64,000 bases of DNA from Nanobdellota archaeon. GTDB taxonomy: Archaea > Nanobdellota > Nanobdellia > Pacearchaeales > GW2011-AR1. The stretch covers positions 5,973 through 69,972 of the forward strand of contig JBBSYY010000012.1 in NCBI GenBank assembly GCA_038044985.1, in the 5' to 3' direction. The position numbers and the translations under genes were made by a program. The notes beneath the pieces are model-generated. The model was not told the origin of the DNA. It saw nothing but the letters and a program-made list of their open reading frames with translations, and made no database searches. Below are positions 18,789 to 28,044 of the stretch, piece after piece. Each line of letters starts with the position of its first letter. Within the stretch, counting starts at the first letter, position 1.

Positions 18789-19214
18789 TTAATTAGGTTC
18801 CTCCCACATTCCATTTAATTGCAGCATTTTTAACAATTTTGGATATCTTGAGTCAGAAGATTTATATATATTATAACGAACAACTTTCCCAAAATCATTT
18901 AAAAATCCTAACGAGATAACACGATCTTCAAAAATTAGTTTTTCTTTTAAAATTCTATAAGCTATTATTTTATCATCAGCTATTTTAGTCAGAAATTCTT
19001 TAACACCATAGATTTCAGATACTTTATTCTGTAAGATAACCTCATAAAATTCTTTTTTATTTTCTTTAATAATTCCAGAATAAACCATTTGCTTACTTAT
19101 TGTTTCTAAAGTTACTAAACTTTTATGTTCAACTATTACTTTTTTTCCAATTAAATTTTCTAGTTCTTCATGAATTCTAGGTTTTTCATATATAATTGCT
19201 TTTTGCATTTTCAT
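18789..19214 (-). CDS. Operon-embedded orphan ORF O9 (141 aa)
   Basis: Starts at the base immediately after the rps5 stop and ends 2 nt before the rps3 start. I recognise no family. Confidence 0.65.
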   Translation of the reverse strand: MKMQKAIIYEKPRIHEELENLIGKKVIVEHKSLVTLETISKQMVYSGIIKENKKEFYEVILQNKVSEIYGVKEFLTKIADDKIIAYRILKEKLIFEDRVISLGFLNDFGKVVRYNIYKSSDSRYPKLLKMLQLNGMWEEPN

Positions 19215-19940
19215 TTACATCTCCATAGTCTTTTTTAAAGCATTAATACAAGCCTTTGCTAAATTTATAGTTGTTCTTTTCTGCCCATCTGTATAACTAT
19301 AAACATCTTTTATTCCAGATATTCTTAAAATTTTCTTTAGCTCATCTCCAATGACTAATCCTGTACCTTGCGGGGCTGGAATTAATTTAACCTTACAACT
19401 CCCACATTTTCCCTCAACAACAAATGGAACTGTATGCGATTCTCCACAATTACAATCAAAACTACCACAAGCCCTTTTAATTTTAATAAGATTAAGTTTA
19501 GCTTTTCTTAATGCTTTTGCGTTTGCTGGCAAAGTTTCTTTTGCTTTTCCATATCCAATACCAATATAACCATCGCTTCCTACAACAAGTGCACATGAGA
19601 AGGTTGGAACATTTCCTTCAGCAGTTTTTCTTTGAGTTTGTCTCCAAGCTCTTCTTTTTCCACCGCCAAATTTTCCTTTTGCCTGTCCGATATTAAGGAT
19701 TTCTGACTTTAGCCCCAATAATGAATCAACAATTTCTGGCTCTAATATTCTATATTTCAACACTTCATCAATTTCTTTAATTTTTCCTTCTTTCACAAGT
19801 TTGCCAAGTTTTGTTTTTGGATTCCACTCTTCTAATTTTTTAATTTTTTGTTCTATCGCTCTATCTTCTCTGATTTTTTTAAAGTCTCTAGTTTTCCAAG
19901 CTTCATTCATTTTTTTATTTAATCCAATTTGTTTTTTCAT
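19215..19940 (-). CDS. rps5: 30S ribosomal protein uS5
   Basis: S5 dsRBD and C-terminal domain motifs (VVGSDGYIGIGYGKAKE; APQGTGLV). Confidence 0.9.
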   Translation of the reverse strand: MKKQIGLNKKMNEAWKTRDFKKIREDRAIEQKIKKLEEWNPKTKLGKLVKEGKIKEIDEVLKYRILEPEIVDSLLGLKSEILNIGQAKGKFGGGKRRAWRQTQRKTAEGNVPTFSCALVVGSDGYIGIGYGKAKETLPANAKALRKAKLNLIKIKRACGSFDCNCGESHTVPFVVEGKCGSCKVKLIPAPQGTGLVIGDELKKILRISGIKDVYSYTDGQKRTTINLAKACINALKKTMEM

Positions 19941-19942
19941 TG

Positions 19943-20245
19943 TTATTTTAATACTTTATATTTATATTTATATTTATTTAAAAAATCTTTAATTAAATCA
20001 CTGTCTAAAGCAACAGTCCAATACTCTTTCACTGGTTTATTTGGAACCCCTATAACATAATAATTTTTTGTTTCAGATAAATTAGTAACATTAAACTTTT
20101 TAGCTATTTCATGGAAAACATCGATATCACTAACCTGTATCATTCTTTTATGTGGCCAAAATACTAATTTATCTTCATTTGATATTTTATCCTCTAAATA
20201 TTTTCTACATCTTTGTCCAGCTTCAGTTTTATCCATCATTACCAT
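19943..20245 (-). CDS. Operon-embedded orphan ORF O8 (100 aa)
   Basis: 1-nt gap after the rpl18 stop and 2-nt gap before the rps5 start. I recognise no family. Confidence 0.65.
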   Translation of the reverse strand: MVMMDKTEAGQRCRKYLEDKISNEDKLVFWPHKRMIQVSDIDVFHEIAKKFNVTNLSETKNYYVIGVPNKPVKEYWTVALDSDLIKDFLNKYKYKYKVLK

Positions 20246-20246
20246 T

Positions 20247-20726
20247 TTACTTTACCTTTTCAATTTCATTTTTAACTTTATTAAAAAAATCATATCTTTG
20301 AATTTTTTCATTGTCAGGGAAGACTTTTTCGTTACAAGGGATATTTAATCCAGCATCTCTAGCTCCTTTAACTATGGCATAAACTCTTGAACCCTTTGTA
20401 TTTGGAATTAATCCAGAATCTAAAATGGCTTTTTTAATTTTTACTTTTTTTCCTATTAATAATCCAGCTAAATAACTTGCTGATAATGACTTTAAACTTC
20501 CGATTTTCTCTTTGGGCCATCCAAATTTCAGAAGTTCTTTAGTAGTTATCGTTTTTAAAACTTTGTCTTGTGCATGTTCACTTTCAGCAATCTGCAAAAT
20601 TATATACTTATTAGTTTTCCTAACAACTAATCTAGGAGAATTAGATTTAAGCAAAATTAATCTTTTTCTATAATTCGTTTTGCTTTCCCTTCTTCGTCTT
20701 TTATGCAATCTTCTTGGATGTTTCAT
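20247..20726 (-). CDS. rpl18: 50S ribosomal protein uL18
   Basis: RRRRESKTNYRKRL N-terminus and PRLVVRKTNKYI motif. Confidence 0.9.
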   Translation of the reverse strand: MKHPRRLHKRRRRESKTNYRKRLILLKSNSPRLVVRKTNKYIILQIAESEHAQDKVLKTITTKELLKFGWPKEKIGSLKSLSASYLAGLLIGKKVKIKKAILDSGLIPNTKGSRVYAIVKGARDAGLNIPCNEKVFPDNEKIQRYDFFNKVKNEIEKVK

Positions 20727-20731
20727 TTTAT

Positions 20732-21238
20732 CTACTGCTTGCTTCCTCTTAATTTTTTACTAACTTTCTCTTTAGTCTTTTTTTCAAATTCTTTTTCAGT
20801 TTGATATATTGGTTTAACAAAATTATCTGCTATAATTCCAATGCCATTTAAATATTCTCTAAAATTAGACTTGCTTTTAAACTCTTTCATTTTTATTTTT
20901 TTTCTTAATCTGATATATAACTCTTTATTGACAACCCCAACATTTTTTAATTCAATTAAATATTTCCTTAATTTCCTAGTTATCTTTACATATTCTTTTT
21001 TTCTATCTTTAATCTTCATTTTAATTTTTCCAGCCCCTCTTTTAGTTTTTCTTCTTCTTACCTTTTTTCTTCCTTTAACTGGTTTAATTGTTATTATCTC
21101 TTCTTGATATAATGTTTTAATGTCTTGTCTTGTAATAGCTTCTTTTATCTCAGCCAAATTTGCTTGATTAAAGACGATTCTATTTTTTCCAACACCCAAA
21201 ACCCTTGCAGCAAGCATCTTTTTCTTATTGAGGTTCAT
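20732..21238 (-). CDS. rpl19e: 50S ribosomal protein eL19
   Basis: KKMLAARVLGVGKNRI start and a basic central region typical of L19e. Confidence 0.9.
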   Translation of the reverse strand: MNLNKKKMLAARVLGVGKNRIVFNQANLAEIKEAITRQDIKTLYQEEIITIKPVKGRKKVRRRKTKRGAGKIKMKIKDRKKEYVKITRKLRKYLIELKNVGVVNKELYIRLRKKIKMKEFKSKSNFREYLNGIGIIADNFVKPIYQTEKEFEKKTKEKVSKKLRGSKQ

Positions 21239-21518
21239 TTTTATCTTTTGATAAGTTTATTTCTTGAATTATTTTGGCGCTTGCTACCATTTTTTCTAAG
21301 TTAGTTTTACATAAATTAATTGATCTATCAATTCTTATTTTTTCTTCATTTGATAATGTTTTTTTTCTTTTATCTAATAACTGATTGCATTCTCTATATG
21401 TATCTTCATAAAGTAGCTGATTAATTCTTAAAGCTTCTTCATAATTATCTCTACGAACTGCTTCAAAGAGTTTTTTATAAGTTTGCTCAATTTCTTCTTT
21501 ATTCATAGTATTATTCAT
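21225..21518 (-). CDS. Operon-embedded orphan ORF O7 (97 aa, helical)
   Basis: Overlaps the rpl32e end by 8 nt (or starts at the internal Met at 21506) and the rpl19e start by 14 nt. I recognise no family. Confidence 0.6.
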   Translation of the reverse strand: MNNTMNKEEIEQTYKKLFEAVRRDNYEEALRINQLLYEDTYRECNQLLDKRKKTLSNEEKIRIDRSINLCKTNLEKMVASAKIIQEINLSKDKNEPQ

Positions 21519-22095
21519 TTTTTTCCTCCATCTCTTCCTTTTTAATTTCCTGTTTATTTAAATTTGATTCAGTTTTCTCTTCAATTTTCTCCTCTAGTTT
21601 TTGATCAGTTTTTTCTTTTAGTTCTTCTTCTTTCTTTTCTTCAACTATTTTTTCCTTAACTACCATTTTCTTTTCTTTTTCAATTTTTTCTTCTTTTGTT
21701 TTTTTCTTTTTTTTCTCTAGTCCGGCCAAAAATTTTTTTGGATTAAGATTTAATAAATAAACTTTATTATGCAATGCGTATTCAGAAATCTCTTTCTTTT
21801 TCTTGTCTCCTATATTAGCTATTATCCCGATGTTATTTTCTCTAATTTTTTTTAAATCCTTAATATTATAAATCATAAATGGAAATTTTTTTTGACCATT
21901 TTTTTTTATTAATCCTCTTTCTTCCTTACTGCTTTTAAACCCAACCTTGACTTTTCTAAGTTTTCCCTTCATATTTAATCTAATTTTATTGTCTCTGCCT
22001 CTGGGTTTTCTATAGACTACTTTTTTCTTTCTTCTTAATCCTAGTTTTGAGTATTTATGAGAATCAACTACTCTAAATATTGTCTTTTTTGACAT
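21511..22095 (-). CDS. rpl32e: 50S ribosomal protein eL32 with a Lys/Glu-rich C-terminal extension
   Basis: L32e core (YRKPRGRDNKIR...) followed by an about 70-aa KE-rich tail. It starts directly after the rpl6 stop. Confidence 0.88.
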   Translation of the reverse strand: MSKKTIFRVVDSHKYSKLGLRRKKKVVYRKPRGRDNKIRLNMKGKLRKVKVGFKSSKEERGLIKKNGQKKFPFMIYNIKDLKKIRENNIGIIANIGDKKKKEISEYALHNKVYLLNLNPKKFLAGLEKKKKKTKEEKIEKEKKMVVKEKIVEEKKEEELKEKTDQKLEEKIEEKTESNLNKQEIKKEEMEEKNE

Positions 22096-22833
22096 TTACA
22101 AATAAACCCTCCCAGGTTTTTCAATTATGAAAATTCCGTCTTGATATATTCTCCTATCTTTATTTCTTATTTTAGTTCCTTTTTCAATATTAGTTGCTAT
22201 CTGCCCGGCTTTTTCAATATCAAAACTTTTTAATTCTACAATGTCCTTATCTATCTTAATTTCAACCTCAGGAACCGATTTTATTATTCTATCTTTATTT
22301 TCCCCTAAAAAGTTTTTAACAATAATTTCATTATTTTCTTTGTTGTAGATGACATTCATTGGAAAATGAACATTTGCGATCTGTAGTTTGTAGATAAATC
22401 CCTTTATTAGTCCATTAATCATATTTTTAATATGGGCTGAAAATGTTCCAAAAAGCCTTTTTTCAATTCTTCTATCTCTTTCAGAACTTATAATTATCTT
22501 ATTTACTTCTATTTTAAAATTAATTAAATCGTTTAGCTTTCTTTTCAATTCTTTATCATTTTTCCTGATAATTAAAAAATTTTCTCTGATCTCAACAGAA
22601 ATTTCTTTTGGTATTTCAATTTCTTCATATAATTTTTTCTGATTATCTTTTTTTCTAACTTTACTAATCTTAACCGATTTCCTTTGAGAGCTAGAACCAC
22701 CATCGCTTTCATTTGATTTGATATTATCGATAGTTTTTTTATCTAATCTTTCTTTATTTTGGTAGCTATTCTGGTTTATTTCAGCTTTACTAACTTTTCT
22801 TTGTTTTAAACTACTAATATTTTCTTCGGCCAT
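22096..22833 (-). CDS. rpl6: 50S ribosomal protein uL6 with an about 65-aa N-terminal extension
   Basis: Duplicated L6 alpha/beta domain motifs (FGTFSAHIKNMINGL; VHFPMNV). The start lies 1 nt after the rps8 stop. Confidence 0.88.
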   Translation of the reverse strand: MAEENISSLKQRKVSKAEINQNSYQNKERLDKKTIDNIKSNESDGGSSSQRKSVKISKVRKKDNQKKLYEEIEIPKEISVEIRENFLIIRKNDKELKRKLNDLINFKIEVNKIIISSERDRRIEKRLFGTFSAHIKNMINGLIKGFIYKLQIANVHFPMNVIYNKENNEIIVKNFLGENKDRIIKSVPEVEIKIDKDIVELKSFDIEKAGQIATNIEKGTKIRNKDRRIYQDGIFIIEKPGRVYL

Positions 22834-22834
22834 T

Positions 22835-23206
22835 TCAATACATATATGCTATTAAACATCCTCCTAAATTTTGTTCTTCGGCTTCAATATGTTTAACTAT
22901 CCCCTTATTTGTGGAAACTATAATAAAACCAAAATTTTTTGCTGGCAAAAATCTTCTTACATAAAATTTTATTTTTTTAACAGAAACTGTATATCTTGGT
23001 TTAATTACTTTAATCATATTTAAGTCTATTATTCTAACCTTTAACTCACTATCTTGAATTTTATAATCTAAATATCCAGATTCTTTTGCAATATCTAATA
23101 TACTTCTAAGTAATTTTGAATGCTTTTTTATATTTATTTCTGTTTTTTTTGCTCTTTTAGCATTCATTATTTCATTCAATCCATCAGCTACAATGTCTTG
23201 ACCCAT
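22835..23206 (-). CDS. rps8: 30S ribosomal protein uS8
   Basis: DIVADGLNEIMNA start and a GGCLIAYMY-type C-terminus. Confidence 0.9.
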   Translation of the reverse strand: MGQDIVADGLNEIMNAKRAKKTEINIKKHSKLLRSILDIAKESGYLDYKIQDSELKVRIIDLNMIKVIKPRYTVSVKKIKFYVRRFLPAKNFGFIIVSTNKGIVKHIEAEEQNLGGCLIAYMY

Positions 23207-23207
23207 T

Positions 23208-23438
23208 TTAAGAATATTTTTTAAAGCCTAATTCTTCAGCAATTTCTCTAAAGCAGTGCCTGCATAAATTTAATCCGTAAGAATTGATCATCGCGCCAAA
23301 TCTTCCACATCTTTCACATTTTTTCCTAGCTATCCCAGCACCTCTTTCTTTTGGTTTATTATGTTTTAAATACTTAGCTCTAATTGCAGGCTTTCCAGCA
23401 AGCTGTTTCAACATCTTTCTCCAATCACTTGCGGTCAT
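23208..23438 (-). CDS. rps14: 30S ribosomal protein uS14 (zinc type) with an N-terminal extension
   Basis: CERCGR...CRHCFRE zinc-ribbon S14 core. Confidence 0.85.
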   Translation of the reverse strand: MTASDWRKMLKQLAGKPAIRAKYLKHNKPKERGAGIARKKCERCGRFGAMINSYGLNLCRHCFREIAEELGFKKYS

Positions 23439-23755
23439 TTTATTTCCTCCAATAGTTTATGATAATCTTTAGAATTTCTTTTGTAAGCATTTACTTCAAA
23501 ACTGTAGCCGTCAAGTCCCATATATCTAAACTCTCCAACGAATTTATCACTGACATTTTTATCATTAAAAGTATAAACCATTGTGTTAATACAACGTCCT
23601 GATATAACATCAAATACAATTTCCTCAGTAATACAAAGGACAGAACCACTCTTATTAACTCTAAATCTATCTCCAACTTTTACATCATTATCAATTATCA
23701 ATTTATACATTTCGCCAAGTCTTACATCTCTAGTTATTTGTTCTAATACCATCAC
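23435..23755 (-). CDS. Operon-embedded orphan ORF O6 (106 aa)
   Basis: 4-nt overlaps with both the rpl5 stop and the rps14 start. I recognise no family. Confidence 0.7.
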   Translation of the reverse strand: MMVLEQITRDVRLGEMYKLIIDNDVKVGDRFRVNKSGSVLCITEEIVFDVISGRCINTMVYTFNDKNVSDKFVGEFRYMGLDGYSFEVNAYKRNSKDYHKLLEEIK

Positions 23756-24393
23756 ACAATCTCCACCCCAAAATTTTTACTTAAAAAACTTACAATTTCT
23801 TCTTGACTAACCAATTGTTTTTTTGGCAATTTTCCACGCTTAATTTTTTTAAATTTAACCCTTTTCCCTCTTCTTTTAAAAACAATTCTTACTTCAAAGC
23901 CCAAAATACCAATATCTCTTTCATAATCTAATCCAGGCACTTCAATATATTCTTTAATACCAAAACAAAATTGATTTTCAGTTATTTGCTGTCTTTTTAT
24001 TGTATTGTCGAAGGCAGAAAAAAACCTTTTTAATAGTCCATATATTTTATCTTTATCGCGAATTGTAACCTTACACCCACTCTGTTTTCCAGGGCTAATC
24101 CCAAATTCAGGCACTCTTTTTGTAGATTTTTTGATATAAACTTTTTTGTTGGTTATTTTTTTCAATAATTTTACAGATTTTTCTAGTTTATCGTCTATCC
24201 CTCCGCAATGTAGGACTAATTTTTCTATCTCAACATCTCTCATTTTATTTTGCATTTTATTTTCATTTCTTGGTTTTGATAATTTCTTACTATCAGTAGT
24301 TTGAACTTCTGTTGCTTTTTTAGCTAATTCTTTTACCATAATATTTTGTTTATTATCAACATCCAAAATTTTCTGATTCTGTATTAGTTCCAT
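23752..24393 (-). CDS. rpl5: 50S ribosomal protein uL5 (possible N-terminal extension; alternative start near MRDVEIEK)
   Basis: L5 core motifs (LVLHCGG; GFEVRIVFKRRG). Confidence 0.88.
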   Translation of the reverse strand: MELIQNQKILDVDNKQNIMVKELAKKATEVQTTDSKKLSKPRNENKMQNKMRDVEIEKLVLHCGGIDDKLEKSVKLLKKITNKKVYIKKSTKRVPEFGISPGKQSGCKVTIRDKDKIYGLLKRFFSAFDNTIKRQQITENQFCFGIKEYIEVPGLDYERDIGILGFEVRIVFKRRGKRVKFKKIKRGKLPKKQLVSQEEIVSFLSKNFGVEIV

Positions 24394-24437
24394 TTTAAAA
24401 TTTCAGTTTTGTTATAACTTTTTTAAAAAGCTTCATC

Positions 24438-25085
24438 TTAAATTTCCTCCATCGCAATTATATTTTTAACCCAAACATTTATCTTTTTGCCAATGTTAAT
24501 TTTTGCAAGTTTTTTACCGCCTCTTTCAATAATATCCTCAATTTTTCCTTTTTGACCTATATGCTTGCCTCTTATAATGAACCCTATTTTCCCAACTTCC
24601 ATTTTAATTACCTTTTCAATATTTCTATTATTAAAATTAAAAACGACAGAGTCTCCAACATTCGCTTTTTCTTTATAAATAACATTTCTTCCATCAATTA
24701 AGTTTAGCTGAATTTTATTTCCTTTAATTATTTTTTTTCCAGTAATTTTTATAGTCTTTTTATCAAAATTGTCAGAAATATTATCGAGCATGATTTTTTT
24801 ATGTTTAGACAAACCAACCCTATAATTTTTATCATTTAATAAAAGAACATCAAATAATCTAAGGGGATAATTTGTTTCTGTAATAACTTTTCCATTAATT
24901 TTAATTTTTTTTTCTTTTAGTAAATTTTTTAATTCTTTTTTAGTCCTAACTAGTCCTAAAACATCTCTTACTACTATTATCAATGGGATAGAATTTTTTT
25001 GGTCGTGCGTACTTACAGCCAAATACTTTGTTCCTTTCCTTGGAACTGGCCAAAATTTTCCAATATTTTGTCTTTTAAGATGCAT
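24438..25085 (-). CDS. rps4e: 30S ribosomal protein eS4
   Basis: MHLKRQNIGKFWPVPRKGTKY start followed by S4 and KOW domains. Confidence 0.9.
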   Translation of the reverse strand: MHLKRQNIGKFWPVPRKGTKYLAVSTHDQKNSIPLIIVVRDVLGLVRTKKELKNLLKEKKIKINGKVITETNYPLRLFDVLLLNDKNYRVGLSKHKKIMLDNISDNFDKKTIKITGKKIIKGNKIQLNLIDGRNVIYKEKANVGDSVVFNFNNRNIEKVIKMEVGKIGFIIRGKHIGQKGKIEDIIERGGKKLAKINIGKKINVWVKNIIAMEEI

Positions 25086-25326
25086 ATTTTTTCTCCTGTT
25101 TTAATCTATCTAAAACTTTTTTCTCTAGAGCAAAAATTTTGATATCATCATCTTCTATTAAGTATCTTTGACCTTCTGCTAAATCTTCATACCTACTATA
25201 AAAATAACTGTCCTTGGATAATGGTATTTCATGATACTGATAAAACCCTTCTACAGATCCATAACTCTTTCTAATCTTTTTAGCAATAAATTTTAATGCT
25301 GTTTTTCTTAATTTTTTTATTAACAT
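25075..25326 (-). CDS. Operon-embedded orphan ORF O5 (83 aa)
   Basis: 9-nt gap after rpl24 and 11-nt overlap with the rps4e start. Carries a YEDLAEGQRYLIED motif shared with O10. Confidence 0.6.
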   Translation of the reverse strand: MLIKKLRKTALKFIAKKIRKSYGSVEGFYQYHEIPLSKDSYFYSRYEDLAEGQRYLIEDDDIKIFALEKKVLDRLKQEKKYAS

Positions 25327-25335
25327 TTTCTTACC

Positions 25336-25743
25336 TTATTTACTAATTGTTTTATCTCCTCCAGCTTTTCTTTCAAGGGACTCTTTTCTTTTTTTATCTT
25401 CTAAATTTAGTTCTTTAATTTGTAATTTTGATGGATCAAATTTAACTGCAATTTTTGTTCCATCTTTTTTGGTTCTATAAATTCCATCAATCGTTACTTT
25501 TAATTTTTTTAAATTAACTATATTCACTTTTCCTATTTTATCTTTAAACTCTCCCGCCAATACTTTAACTAAATCGTCCTTAACTACCGAAAAATTCCTC
25601 TTCCCATATTTTTTTCTCAGTTCTTTGCTTAAATTAACACTCATCATTTTTCTTCTAATATGCAAACTAGCATTATACCTATACTTTCTCTGCTTTCTAG
25701 GTTGTTTGCTTGCCTTCCAATGTTTTGAAAATTTTTTTTTCAT
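25336..25743 (-). CDS. rpl24: 50S ribosomal protein uL24
   Basis: KOW motif region (VVKDDLVKVLAGEFKDKIGKV) and a basic N-terminus. Confidence 0.9.
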   Translation of the reverse strand: MKKKFSKHWKASKQPRKQRKYRYNASLHIRRKMMSVNLSKELRKKYGKRNFSVVKDDLVKVLAGEFKDKIGKVNIVNLKKLKVTIDGIYRTKKDGTKIAVKFDPSKLQIKELNLEDKKRKESLERKAGGDKTISK

Positions 25744-25744
25744 C

Positions 25745-26119
25745 TTAAAAAGATTCCAACATTTTTACAGATTTAACAAGAAATTCTTTATATCTTTCTT
25801 TAGCTAAATCAAATAAAGATTGATAATAATCAGGAATTCCATTTTTTAAAAAAGAGGAGTTAAAATAAATAGAAGCAATTCTATCCAAACTTAATATGCC
25901 GTCAGCAAGGCTTTTTCCAACACGTTCAATGTCTCCTTGTTGAGCAAAAGCAGCTGATTCTATTGATGTAAAATTTATGAGACATAATTCTTCTAAATAA
26001 CTTCCCAGTCTTTTACTTATAAATTTCTGTTTAACTATATTGTTTATTCTGTTAGAATAATCTCTAAGATTATTTAATTCTCTTGTCATTAAATTATTAA
26101 TTTCATTATTCATTTTCAT
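25745..26119 (-). CDS. Operon-embedded orphan ORF O4 (124 aa, helical)
   Basis: 4-nt overlap with O3 and 1-nt gap before rpl24. A GAGGAAAG Shine-Dalgarno-like motif lies upstream of the ATG. Confidence 0.65.
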   Translation of the reverse strand: MKMNNEINNLMTRELNNLRDYSNRINNIVKQKFISKRLGSYLEELCLINFTSIESAAFAQQGDIERVGKSLADGILSLDRIASIYFNSSFLKNGIPDYYQSLFDLAKERYKEFLVKSVKMLESF

Positions 26120-26421
26120 GTTTTTCTTTCCTCAAAAATATTATCGCATTTATTTCTCAATTCAACATATTTTTCTGCATAAAGCCTTGGATTAAAAGAT
26201 AATCCCATTAAACCAGAACAATAATTCTTAAAAGCTTCATCGGTTTCTTCTACTTCCCAATAAGAAACTTTTCCTCTTCGTTCACTAAGATTTTGATCAT
26301 ATCCATCATCAACAACTATTGATGGGCTAACTATAGTTACTTCTTCATCATTGATATACACATCTAATGTTTTTATGCAAGATTCTATTTCTCTTATTAA
26401 TATTTTTTTTACGTCTTTCAT
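26116..26421 (-). CDS. Operon-embedded orphan ORF O3 (101 aa, acidic)
   Basis: 1-nt gap after the rpl14 stop and 4-nt overlap with the O4 start. Confidence 0.65.
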   Translation of the reverse strand: MKDVKKILIREIESCIKTLDVYINDEEVTIVSPSIVVDDGYDQNLSERRGKVSYWEVEETDEAFKNYCSGLMGLSFNPRLYAEKYVELRNKCDNIFEERKT

Positions 26422-26422
26422 T

Positions 26423-26824
26423 TTACATCACAAATTTAGCAATTTTACTTACAAATGGGTATCTGTCTGCGGCTTCTTTAGCAATTGGTCCTTTAATCTG
26501 CGTACCTTTTGTATTTCCTTTTTCGTCTTTTAATAAAACAACGGCATTGTTTGTAAAAGCAACTCTTTCTCCAGTTTTTCTTCTATATGACTTTTTCTGC
26601 CTTATTACAACTGCATCAAAAACCTCTCCAATCATTTCATGATTTCCTTTTCTTACAGATACTTTAACCCAATCACCAACTTTAGCATACTGCTGTCTAC
26701 CTCTTCTTGTTTTTCCACCTTTAACGCTAACTATTCTTACAACAGTTGCTCCACTGTTATCACTAGCTAAAACTAAACTTCCTAAATTCAATCCTCTAGT
26801 TATTTTTGCTGCAACGCCTTTCAT
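26423..26824 (-). CDS. rpl14: 50S ribosomal protein uL14
   Basis: L14 core runs from MKGVAAKITRGLNLGS onward. I chose the internal Met at 26824 because the longer ORF-track start (26887) would overlap rps17 by 53 nt. An AAGGAG motif lies upstream. Confidence 0.88.
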   Translation of the reverse strand: MKGVAAKITRGLNLGSLVLASDNSGATVVRIVSVKGGKTRRGRQQYAKVGDWVKVSVRKGNHEMIGEVFDAVVIRQKKSYRRKTGERVAFTNNAVVLLKDEKGNTKGTQIKGPIAKEAADRYPFVSKIAKFVM

Positions 26825-26834
26825 TTTAAAATTT

Positions 26835-27179
26835 TCATTCTCCTTTTTCCTTAGTTTTACTTTCTTTACCAACCTTTCTGACAACAATAAAATGAATTAT
26901 CTTGCTAATAGGCCTGCATTCTTTAATTTCAATATAATCTCCAATACTGATTTCTTTTGACATGCAATCAGGAAGTCTTGCATGAAGTTTTGTTTTCCTT
27001 TTAGCATATCTTTCATATTTTCTAACAAAAATTGTCCTTTCAAATTCAATTACAACCCTTTTTGGAAATTTCTTTCTTACAGTTCCATAAAAACTTCTAC
27101 CTCTAAGACTTATACTGCCATGTTTTGGACATGCAAAATCATTGCATTCCTTTTCCGTTATGTTTTTTTGTTCTGCCAT
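26835..27179 (-). CDS. rps17: 30S ribosomal protein uS17
   Basis: CPKHGSISLRGR...VVIEFER...IGDYIEIKECRPISK OB-fold S17 pattern. Confidence 0.9.
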   Translation of the reverse strand: MAEQKNITEKECNDFACPKHGSISLRGRSFYGTVRKKFPKRVVIEFERTIFVRKYERYAKRKTKLHARLPDCMSKEISIGDYIEIKECRPISKIIHFIVVRKVGKESKTKEKGE

Positions 27180-27186
27180 TTTAATT

Positions 27187-27441
27187 CTATATTCCTTTTA
27201 AATAATTTGGTAACCATTTATCAACTAATTCTTGATAGAGTTTTATTTTAACCTCAATATCATTATCATTTCTTACTCTAACAAAATCTTTTAATTCTAA
27301 TAGTCCTGCTCCAATATTGATCACTGCATCTTTTTTCCCAAGACTATAACTATTATCCCAAAAAAAATTGAAATCTTCTAAATATTTGTTTAACCCAATC
27401 AATAATGCATTTTTCCTTATTTCATAATTTTCAAATTTCAT
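27187..27441 (-). CDS. Operon-embedded orphan ORF O2 (84 aa)
   Basis: 8-nt gap after rpl22 and 7-nt gap before rps17. It occupies the slot where rps3-rpl29 normally sit. Confidence 0.6.
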   Translation of the reverse strand: MKFENYEIRKNALLIGLNKYLEDFNFFWDNSYSLGKKDAVINIGAGLLELKDFVRVRNDNDIEVKIKLYQELVDKWLPNYLKGI

Positions 27442-27449
27442 TTTAATTT

Positions 27450-28043
27450 TTATCTCAGATTAGGAACTAATTTAATTAAAACATGACTTCTCTTAAATCT
27501 CCCTTGCCCAAATCTTTTCTGTGGTTTAGAAGCAATATTAGCCATGCAAAAAATTTTAAATTTTTCTAATTCTAGCTCATTATAAATTGCATTTGCTCTT
27601 AAACTTTTTAATAATTTTAAAAATTCATTAACAGCATTTATAGGATATCTCCCTCTTCCAGAAGCGATACTAATTCCTTTTTTATGCGGTATTTCTCCTT
27701 TCATTGGAATGGCAATTTCTATTTTTTTGACTTTTTCAAGATTTCTAATAGACTGATCAATTTCTTTATTTCTGATAAAATTACAAACAGCAACAGCCTG
27801 TTTTGTAGAAATCCTCAAATCCTCTCCTTTAACAACAGCTTCTGTTTTTTTTATTCTTTTAATTTCTGCTTTAGGTTCTCTTTTTTCTTTAGTTTTTTCT
27901 TTTTTAATATCTAACTTATCGCCTTTATTATATTGAACCTCTGTTGCTTGCTTGGCGTTACTATAACTACTATTGCTAATTTTTTCTTCTTTAAAACTTT
28001 CTTTTATATTTCCTTTAATTTTATTATCTAATTTTTCATCCAT
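27450..28043 (-). CDS. rpl22: 50S ribosomal protein uL22 with an about 60-aa N-terminal extension
   Basis: L22 core (ISTKQAVAVCNFIR...GRGRYP...). The start lies 1 nt after the rps19 stop. Confidence 0.88.
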   Translation of the reverse strand: MDEKLDNKIKGNIKESFKEEKISNSSYSNAKQATEVQYNKGDKLDIKKEKTKEKREPKAEIKRIKKTEAVVKGEDLRISTKQAVAVCNFIRNKEIDQSIRNLEKVKKIEIAIPMKGEIPHKKGISIASGRGRYPINAVNEFLKLLKSLRANAIYNELELEKFKIFCMANIASKPQKRFGQGRFKRSHVLIKLVPNLR

Positions 28044-28044
28044 T

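Noticed and set aside
26825-26887. 21-codon N-terminal extension of uL14 given in the ORF track
   Set aside because: It would overlap rps17 by 53 nt. The internal Met (MKGVAAK...) matches the canonical L14 N-terminus and follows an AAGGAG motif.
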